A stretch of DNA of 64,000 bases from Yoonia sp. (GTDB lineage: Bacteria; Pseudomonadota; Alphaproteobacteria; Rhodobacterales; Rhodobacteraceae), in assembly GCF_014859355.1 (NCBI RefSeq), contig NZ_JACUUJ010000002.1, positions 77,115 to 141,114 on the forward strand, written 5' to 3'. How positions within the stretch are numbered: position 1 is the first letter of the stretch; each line of letters begins with the position of its first letter. Shown one piece after another: positions 57,455 through 64,000 of the stretch. The translations under genes and the position numbers were made by a program. The notes beneath the pieces were generated by a model, which saw nothing but the letters and a program-made list of their open reading frames with translations, ran no database searches and had not been told where the DNA came from.

Positions 57455-57898
57455 ATGCTTACGATTTATCTGTCAGGCGAAATTCACACCGATTGGCGTG
57501 ACCAGATTATCGCCGGCGCGGCAGATCTGGATGTGGAATTTACCGGCCCGGTGACAGACCATGCCGCATCGGATGATTGCGGTGTTGCGATCATGGGGGC
57601 AGAGCCGGACAAGTTCTGGCATGATCACAAGGGTGCAAAGCTGAGCGCCATCCGCACCCGGAATGGGCTGGATATGGCAGATATCGTTGTGGTCCGCTTT
57701 GGCGAAAAATATAAACAATGGAACGCGGCATTTGATGCGGGCTATGCCGCTGCGCTGGGTAAGTCGCTGATCGTGATGCATCAGGACGAACATCAGCATG
57801 CGCTGAAGGAAGTCGATGCCGCGGCCCTTGCCGTTGTGAAAGAGCCGCAGCAGGTTGTTGACATCTTGCGCTATGTGCTGACCGGTAAACTGCCCTAG
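57455..57898 (+). CDS. ytoQ: YtoQ family protein (nucleoside 2-deoxyribosyltransferase-like fold)
   Basis: Likely start is MLTIYLSGEIHTDWRDQI at 57455. The FGEKYKQWNAAFDAGYA motif matches B. subtilis YtoQ as I recall it. Confidence 0.8.
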   Translation: MLTIYLSGEIHTDWRDQIIAGAADLDVEFTGPVTDHAASDDCGVAIMGAEPDKFWHDHKGAKLSAIRTRNGLDMADIVVVRFGEKYKQWNAAFDAGYAAALGKSLIVMHQDEHQHALKEVDAAALAVVKEPQQVVDILRYVLTGKLP

Positions 57899-58593
57899 GC
57901 GGCGCGCGCTGGAATGTTGCGCGCCTTGTCCACAGCAGGCCGCGCAAAGAACCGATCAACATAGGCAGGCACGTTTTTCAGATCGGTATAGCCAACAGCA
58001 TCTTTGGTGCCGTAAAATTCCAGCGCGTTGATCCAGGGCGCAATGGCCATGTCAGCAATGGAATAGTCGCCCGCGATCCAGTCGCGGCCTTCCAGTTGCT
58101 TTTCCACGACAGCCAGCAGGCGGATCGCCTCGTCCCGGTAACGGTTACGGGGGCGGTCATCGGCGATATCCTTGCCTGCGAATTTGTAAAAGAACCCCAT
58201 CTGCCCCAGCATCGGCCCCAGCCCGCCCATTTGCCACATCAGCCATTGGGTGATCTGTGATTTCTCGCTTGCCGTCTGACCGATGAATTTGCCGGTTTTT
58301 TCGGCCAGATACAGCAATATCGCCCCGCTTTCGAAAATGCCGATCGGGCCATCAGGGCCGTTGGGGTCGATGATCGCGGGGATCTTGTTGTTGGGGTTCA
58401 GCGACAGAAATGCATCGCTTTTGACATCCGCATCGCTGAGCGTGACAAGGTGTGGTTCATAGTCCAGCCGCATTTCTTCCAATGCGATGGATGCCTTGAC
58501 CCCGTTCGGGGTTGGAAAGGAATAGAGCTGGATAATGCCGGAGTTCTTCGCGGGCCAGCGTGCCGTGATCGGAAATTGGGACAGATCGGTCAT
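57895..58593 (-). CDS. glutathione S-transferase (Nu-class, YfcG/YghU-like)
   Basis: 232-aa [29 protein letters not shown] and [14 protein letters not shown]. Confidence 0.85.
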   Translation of the reverse strand: MTDLSQFPITARWPAKNSGIIQLYSFPTPNGVKASIALEEMRLDYEPHLVTLSDADVKSDAFLSLNPNNKIPAIIDPNGPDGPIGIFESGAILLYLAEKTGKFIGQTASEKSQITQWLMWQMGGLGPMLGQMGFFYKFAGKDIADDRPRNRYRDEAIRLLAVVEKQLEGRDWIAGDYSIADMAIAPWINALEFYGTKDAVGYTDLKNVPAYVDRFFARPAVDKARNIPARAA

Positions 58594-58754
58594 TGTTTCA
58601 TGCCTCTTTTGTCAAAAATTGCTTGGCTACGACCTATTCTGATCTGAGCCACAATAAAAGGCGTGGCCATGTTGACCAATTTGGGTATGTCTGTGCGCAA
58701 TTGCGCGAAAACGAGTTAAACCGCGCGTCGGTCAAACATATCGGGAACACTGTC

Positions 58755-59183
58755 ATGATCAAGGAATTCAAGGATTTCATCGCCAAAGGCAACGTCATGG
58801 ACCTTGCCGTCGGGATTATCATCGGCGCGGCTTTTACTGCCATCGTATCCAGTCTTGTGGGGGATCTGATCAACCCGATCATCGGTCTGGTCTTGGGCGG
58901 TGTGGATTTCACATCAATGTATGTGGTGCTGTCGGGCGATGTGCCTGCCGGTGTTGGCCTTGATGCCGCCCGCGATGCCGGGGCCGCGGTTTTTGCTTAT
59001 GGGGCGTTCATCACGGCTTGCATCAATTTCCTGATTATTGCCTTTGTGGTGTTCATGCTGGTGAAGGCCGTCAATAAGCTCAAGACAGCAGCAGAAACAG
59101 AAAAACAGCCAGCCCCCGAAGCCCCAAAGGGGCCAAGCGAACTTGATGTGCTGTTGGAAATCCGTGACGCGCTGAAGAAATAG
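58755..59183 (+). CDS. mscL: large-conductance mechanosensitive channel
   Basis: Likely start is [27 protein letters not shown] at 58755, the canonical MscL N-terminus. Confidence 0.9.
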   Translation: MIKEFKDFIAKGNVMDLAVGIIIGAAFTAIVSSLVGDLINPIIGLVLGGVDFTSMYVVLSGDVPAGVGLDAARDAGAAVFAYGAFITACINFLIIAFVVFMLVKAVNKLKTAAETEKQPAPEAPKGPSELDVLLEIRDALKK

Positions 59184-59184
59184 C

Positions 59185-59226
59185 GCGCGCCGCAAAGCTC
59201 GCTGTGCGGCGCGCAGGCGTTTTTTG
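59185..59226. terminator. bidirectional terminator between convergent mscL and ald
   Basis: gcgcgccgca / tgcggcgcgc, a perfect 10-bp stem followed by aggcgTTTTTTG. Confidence 0.75.
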
Positions 59227-60345
59227 TTACGCCTTAAGCGCGTCAGTCGGCGACATCACGTCAAGCCCCAAGGCTTTGCCGACGGCGGCATAGGTCAAGG
59301 CACCCGCATGGACGTTCAGCCCGTTCAGCAAATGCGGGTCATCCTGGCAGGCTTGCCGCCAGCCCTTGTCCGCCAAGGCCAGCATGAACGGCATGGTGGC
59401 ATTGCCCAGGGCAATGGTCGATGTGCGCGCGACGGCGCCGGGCATATTGGCCACGCAATAATGCATGATGCCGTCAACCTCATAGATAGGGTCATGGTGC
59501 GTGGTTGCCTTTGACGTCTCGAAACAGCCACCCTGGTCGATCGCCACATCCACCAGCGCCGCACCGGGTTTCAGTTCAGCCAGTTGCGCGCGCGAAATCA
59601 GCTTGGGTGCGGCCGCGCCGGGGATCAGGACGGCACCGATGATCATATCCGCCTCGCGCGCGAGGTCGATCGTGTTACCTGCGCTGGCATAGGATGTCTT
59701 GAACGCGCCGCCAAAGGCATCGTCAAGGTAACGCAGGCGCGGCAAGGATCGGTCCAGCACGGTGACATCCGCGCCCATGCCAGCGGCAATCCGCGCCGCA
59801 TGGGTGCCAACGACACCGCCGCCAATCACGACAACCCGCGCTGGCCCCACGCCTGGCACGCCGCCCATCAACACACCGCGTCCGCCGTTCGCCTTTTGCA
59901 GGGTCCATGCGCCAACTTGCGGTGCCAGACGGCCTGCGACCTCGGACATCGGGGCCAGCAGGGGCAGGCCGCCGCGATCATCGGTGACGGTTTCATAGGC
60001 GATGCAGGTCGCGCCCGACGCTATCAGGTCGCGGGTCTGATCGGGGTCGGGTGCCAGATGCAGATAGGTGAACAGGATTTGCCCTGCGCGCAGCATCTTG
60101 CGTTCTGCGGGCTGTGGTTCCTTGACTTTGACGATCATGTCGGCGACGGCGAAGACATCTGCCGCCGTGGTGGCAATGCTGGCGCCCGCCGTGATGTAGT
60201 CATCATCGGTAAAACCAGCGCCGACGCCGGCGTCGGTTTCGACGGTGACCTTATGGCCATGGGCAACAGCCTCATGCGCGGCGATGGGTGTCAGACCTAC
60301 CCGGAATTCCTGTGGTTTGATCTCTTTCGGGCATCCGATGTGCAT
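59227..60345 (-). CDS. ald: alanine dehydrogenase
   Basis: 372-aa ORF. MHIGCPKEIKPQEFRVGLTP N-terminus and NAD fold VVIGGGVVGTHAA. Confidence 0.9.
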   Translation of the reverse strand: MHIGCPKEIKPQEFRVGLTPIAAHEAVAHGHKVTVETDAGVGAGFTDDDYITAGASIATTAADVFAVADMIVKVKEPQPAERKMLRAGQILFTYLHLAPDPDQTRDLIASGATCIAYETVTDDRGGLPLLAPMSEVAGRLAPQVGAWTLQKANGGRGVLMGGVPGVGPARVVVIGGGVVGTHAARIAAGMGADVTVLDRSLPRLRYLDDAFGGAFKTSYASAGNTIDLAREADMIIGAVLIPGAAAPKLISRAQLAELKPGAALVDVAIDQGGCFETSKATTHHDPIYEVDGIMHYCVANMPGAVARTSTIALGNATMPFMLALADKGWRQACQDDPHLLNGLNVHAGALTYAAVGKALGLDVMSPTDALKA

Positions 60346-60575
60346 GGTTCTTCCTCCGCTGTTGTTAAAACTAACTTATTGCAGACTCTATGCGATTGTC
60401 AGGCACCGTCTGCGACGGTTTCGGTTTTTTTTGAAGATATACCAGCCGCGCTTTGATTTTATCTTGAAACACGATGTGCGTCTCTCCCAGAGGGTCGACG
60501 CAATTTGTGATGTTTACCTGAATGACTGATCTGGTTGCGATGTCTTGGCCGCAAACCGGCGGCGGGCAATGGATT

Positions 60576-61793
60576 TTAGCTAAAATCCTTTACCGTGTTT
60601 GCGTCATTAGTTGAGGGGAGTAACCCATATGGTGCGGCAAGGTTCCACACATGGTCTGGCACCATGTTCTTGATTTTGGCGGGTTCTTCGCGTTGCAGGT
60701 GCAGAACGGTTTCCGCCGCTTTCATTTCCAGCCGCGCGCGCGCAAATTCAAGGCCCCGCGGCCCGATCCGGGGCATCAGCCAGCCCATGATCCCGCGCAT
60801 GAAATCGGGCATGCGGCGCAGCGGTAAGCCACCCGCCGCCAGACGTGTGTTTGCGATAAACCCCTTCACGGCGCCCGCCCGTTTGCCGCTTGACCCGGGG
60901 GCGGCCAACCGCACCTCTTTCGCCAGACTGTCCAGCATTTCCTGCCCGCGGGAGTTGCGTACGATCAGCCATTGATCGCCTTCACCGGCCATATAACCTA
61001 CGGTGATGTCGGCCAACCGGTTGGTGTAATCGACGCAGGTGCGGCAGGTCAGCGGAAAGAAATTGCGCGGCAGGTCGGAAATGGGAAGTTTCAGAAAAGG
61101 GATCAGCCGTTTGGTGCCATCGGTGAACCGCAGTTCCACATGATAATCGGCGCGAAATTCCAGATAGGTCACGGTGTCGGGCGCGTCTGTCAGCCTTGCT
61201 AGAAAACCGTGGAAATTCTCGGTTGTGGTGTTGTCGGAACAGGGGGTGCCGATCACGTAGATCCTGTCGAACCCCAGTTGTGTTTCTAGTGCGCGCAAGG
61301 CGTATATCTGACAAGGGATTCCGATGACGGCGATGCGCCTGTGCCCGGCATCGCGCGCCGGTTCCAACAGCGCCAAAAGCGGCGCATAGCCCATTCGCAT
61401 GCCCCGCGCCTCGGCCATATTCGCAGAGTCGGTGATGATCGCGGGGCGGGGGCGCCAGCGATCTGTCGCATCGGGCACCATCGTCAACACCGCATCCACC
61501 GCGCCGGTTTCGAGCAGACGTTCGGCCAGCCGTGTGGTCAGCCCCGTCCATTGCGCGCCCTCGCGCGGTTGGGCCAGGGCAGCGCGATACATCGCACCTG
61601 TGACGCCAAAAAACCGTTCGTCGCCGCCGGTTCCGGCGGTCCGGCCATGCACCCGTGATTCCAGCGTGGGATAGTCGGGTTTGATGAATTGGCAGGCCTT
61701 GCCGCAGGCGGTCGGGTCGGCCATGCGCGACACCCCGCAGTCTGTGCAAAGACCACGCGGTGCGGGGTCACGGAAATCGGGGGTTGTTGTCAT
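60576..61793 (-). CDS. FrhB/BciB-family (coenzyme F420 hydrogenase beta-subunit-like) flavin/Fe-S oxidoreductase
   Basis: 405-aa ORF. N-terminal Cys cluster CTDCGVSR...CGKAC and central IGIPCQIYALR and GTPCSDN motifs, recalled from the FrhB family; not verified. Confidence 0.55.
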   Translation of the reverse strand: MTTTPDFRDPAPRGLCTDCGVSRMADPTACGKACQFIKPDYPTLESRVHGRTAGTGGDERFFGVTGAMYRAALAQPREGAQWTGLTTRLAERLLETGAVDAVLTMVPDATDRWRPRPAIITDSANMAEARGMRMGYAPLLALLEPARDAGHRRIAVIGIPCQIYALRALETQLGFDRIYVIGTPCSDNTTTENFHGFLARLTDAPDTVTYLEFRADYHVELRFTDGTKRLIPFLKLPISDLPRNFFPLTCRTCVDYTNRLADITVGYMAGEGDQWLIVRNSRGQEMLDSLAKEVRLAAPGSSGKRAGAVKGFIANTRLAAGGLPLRRMPDFMRGIMGWLMPRIGPRGLEFARARLEMKAAETVLHLQREEPAKIKNMVPDHVWNLAAPYGLLPSTNDANTVKDFS

Positions 61794-61920
61794 GGTGCAA
61801 GCCTAGCGGGGCATCTGGCACTGTCCAGCGCGAATTTCAGGGCCGGCCCATTGCCCGCGCCCCCTTTCCCTTGGGGCACAGGCGCGTTAAAGGGGCGCAT
61901 TGCAACCAAGGAGCCAGCCA

Positions 61921-62943
61921 ATGGGCTACAGAATCGTCGTCGTCGGCGCCACGGGCAACGTGGGTCGCGAAATGCTGAACATCCTCGCGGAACGCCAGTT
62001 TCCCGTGGACGAAATTGCCGCACTTGCCAGCCGCAAATCGCTGGGCACCGAGGTCAGCTTTGGCGACAAGACCCTGAAAACCCTTGATCTGGATACCTTT
62101 GATTTCACCGGTTGGGATATCGCATTGTTTGCCATTGGGTCAGACGTGACCAATGCATATGCGACTAAATCCGCCAAGGCCGGTTGCGTGGTCATCGATA
62201 ACTCCTCGCTCTACCGCTATGACGCCGATGTGCCGCTTGTCGTGCCAGAGGTGAACCCGGAAGCGGTGCGCGGCTATACCAAGAAAAACATCATCGCGAA
62301 CCCCAACTGTTCGACAGCGCAAATGGTTGTCGCGCTGAAGCCGTTGCATGACCGTGCGCGGATCAAGCGGGTTGTCGTCAGCACCTACCAATCCGTGTCA
62401 GGCGCCGGCAAGGAAGGCATTGACGAGCTTTGGGACCAGACCAAAAGTATCTATAATCCGACAGATGACAAACCGGCCAAGAAATTCACCAAGCAGATTG
62501 CGTTCAACGTGATCCCGCATATTGACGTGTTCATGGACAGTGGCGACACCAAGGAAGAATGGAAAATGGTCGCCGAGACCAAGAAAATTCTGGATCCCAA
62601 GATCAAGGTCACTGCAACCTGTGTGCGGGTGCCGGTGTTTGTCGGCCATTCCGAGGCGATCAACATCGAATTCGAGGACCATCTGGACGAAAACGAAGCC
62701 CGCGATATCCTGCGCGAATCCCCCGGTATCATGGTAATCGATAAGCGCGAAGACGGCGGCTACGTCACGCCAATCGAATGTGTGGGTGATTATGCGACCT
62801 TTATCAGCCGCATCCGGCAGGACAGCACAATCGACAACGGTTTGAACCTGTGGTGCGTGTCTGACAACCTGCGTAAGGGGGCCGCTTTGAACGCCGTGCA
62901 GATCGCCGAAACGCTGGGGCGGTTGTGCCTGAAAAAAGGTTGA
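61921..62943 (+). CDS. asd: aspartate-semialdehyde dehydrogenase
   Basis: Likely start is MGYRIVVVGATGNVGREML at 61921 (SD AAGGAG). The active site is NPNCSTAQ. Confidence 0.9.
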   Translation: MGYRIVVVGATGNVGREMLNILAERQFPVDEIAALASRKSLGTEVSFGDKTLKTLDLDTFDFTGWDIALFAIGSDVTNAYATKSAKAGCVVIDNSSLYRYDADVPLVVPEVNPEAVRGYTKKNIIANPNCSTAQMVVALKPLHDRARIKRVVVSTYQSVSGAGKEGIDELWDQTKSIYNPTDDKPAKKFTKQIAFNVIPHIDVFMDSGDTKEEWKMVAETKKILDPKIKVTATCVRVPVFVGHSEAINIEFEDHLDENEARDILRESPGIMVIDKREDGGYVTPIECVGDYATFISRIRQDSTIDNGLNLWCVSDNLRKGAALNAVQIAETLGRLCLKKG

Positions 62944-62965
62944 TGAATTCAAACATCGTGCCGAA

Positions 62966-62997
62966 AAGAGACGCCGCTTTGGCGTCTCTTTTTTTTG
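62966..62997 (+). terminator. rho-independent terminator after asd
   Basis: aagagacgcc-gcttt-ggcgtctctt followed by a T-run that extends to 62997. Confidence 0.85.
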
Positions 62998-63096
62998 TCG
63001 GCCCGTTGCGCGAAAAATGACCTGACACGACAGAGGATAGATGCATTAGGCCAATCAAGACGCTAAGCTTCTCATGCATCGTGCGAGGAGAGTTGC

Positions 63097-64000
63097 CATG
63101 TTTCGCCCCATTTTGATCACTGGCCTGATGATCTGCGCCGCCCCCGTTTTTGCGGATACGATTTTTGGGCAGGCGCGCATTGATAGTGTCACTATTTATC
63201 CTGGGCAAGCGACCGTTTCGCGCGATATTTTTTTGCGCTTGCCTGCGGGGCGTCACGATATCATTGTGCCCGGATTGCCCGACACCCTTGATCCGCAAGG
63301 GTTGCGGCTTGCCGCACCGGCTGGCGTGCAGATTGGTGCGGTGAACCTTGCGCGGGGCCGTTTGCCCGTTACCCAAGATCACGATCGGCCCGCCGTTGTT
63401 GCCGCCCGCGCCGCGGTTGAACAATTAGAACAGGTGATGCGCGACCGTGATGCGGCGATCGCGAAGATCCGGCTGCGGGTGCAGGCGGCGAACGATCAGA
63501 TCACATTCCTGCAAAGCCTGTCGCAAGCCAGCGCGGCCGAAACCCTGACGGCTGCGACAATCGCTGATATTCAGGCGCTTGCGCAAATGGTGGGTGCCGA
63601 AACCCTGCGCATGCGGCAAGATGCGTTTGCCGCAGAACAAGAGGCAATTGCCGCCGAACGGGCGCGCGCGGATGATACCGCGGCCTTGCAGGACGCACGG
63701 CAGGCGCTGGCCGCATTGCTGGCACCTGCAACCGACGGGTCGGTCCTGACGTTTATGCTTGAAACAGCCACGGCGCAGGATGTGACAATCACCGCTAGTG
63801 CCATCGAAGGGTTCGCCACATGGTCGCCGGTTTATGACATGCGGCTGACCACCGGCGATGATGCCGCGCTGACGCTTGACCGGTCGGTTGTTGTCAGTCA
63901 GGCGACCGGGCAGGATTGGTTGGATGTGAAACTTGTGCTTTCCACCGCGCGCCCCGGCGAACAGACTGCCCCAAGCCCGGTGTTTTCCTACCCCCGCCGG
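63097..64000 (+). CDS. DUF4139/DUF4140 (MuiA-like) secreted protein, partial (3' end outside the window)
   Basis: Absent from the ORF track because there is no stop in the window. ATG at 63097 follows GAGGAGA. MFRPILITGLMICAAPVFA signal peptide, then ARIDSVTIYPGQATVSRDIFLRLPAGRHDIIVPGLPDTLDPQGLRL, as in DUF4140 N-termini. The frame is open to 64000. Confidence 0.55.

Overview
GC-rich (by eye about 60%, not computed), densely coding chromosomal segment. Protein motifs and local gene order (uvrC-pgsA-moaD-moaE, glnK-amtB, rpmI-rplT-pheS-pheT, phaA-phaB) look alphaproteobacterial, probably Rhodobacterales-like; this taxonomic call is inference only. I support about 66 protein-coding genes or gene relics. 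I found no rRNA, tRNA, CRISPR array, transposase or integrase. Most of the content is housekeeping: fadH, PHA synthesis, molybdopterin synthase, PBP1A, pyruvate kinase, Phe-tRNA synthetase, asd, ald, mscL and mscS. Main items: (1) An approximately 10 kb minus-strand, translationally coupled eight-gene cluster (21775 down to 11837). It encodes a receptor-type Hanks Ser/Thr kinase, an FHA protein, a PP2C phosphatase, three P-loop dynamin-like GTPases (one with a degenerate switch II) and two small proteins, at least one with a Roadblock/LC7-like pattern. I know of no characterised system with this composition, and it is the best candidate for a novel system in the window. (2) A heavily eroded urea ABC-transporter (urt) operon relic at 7656-10665, containing a 17-bp tandem duplication, a hexanucleotide microsatellite and large deletions. 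(3) A small family of intergenic hairpin-plus-tail modules present in four copies. Three copies share CTCCGGCGGRGRYATTT. Two share a 3' tail GGTATTTTTKAACAAAAGAAGGKG with 22/24 identity. One copy sits inside the urt relic. (4) Smaller items: an untracked 55-codon Cys-rich membrane ORF with GTGA overlaps on both sides, a standalone EAL protein with substituted catalytic residues, a lipidated S8 autotransporter, a triple TGTGCAAA repeat upstream of glnK-amtB, and SD-occluding leader stems before pheS and rpmI. All functional calls rest on motif recognition by eye, and no database search was run.
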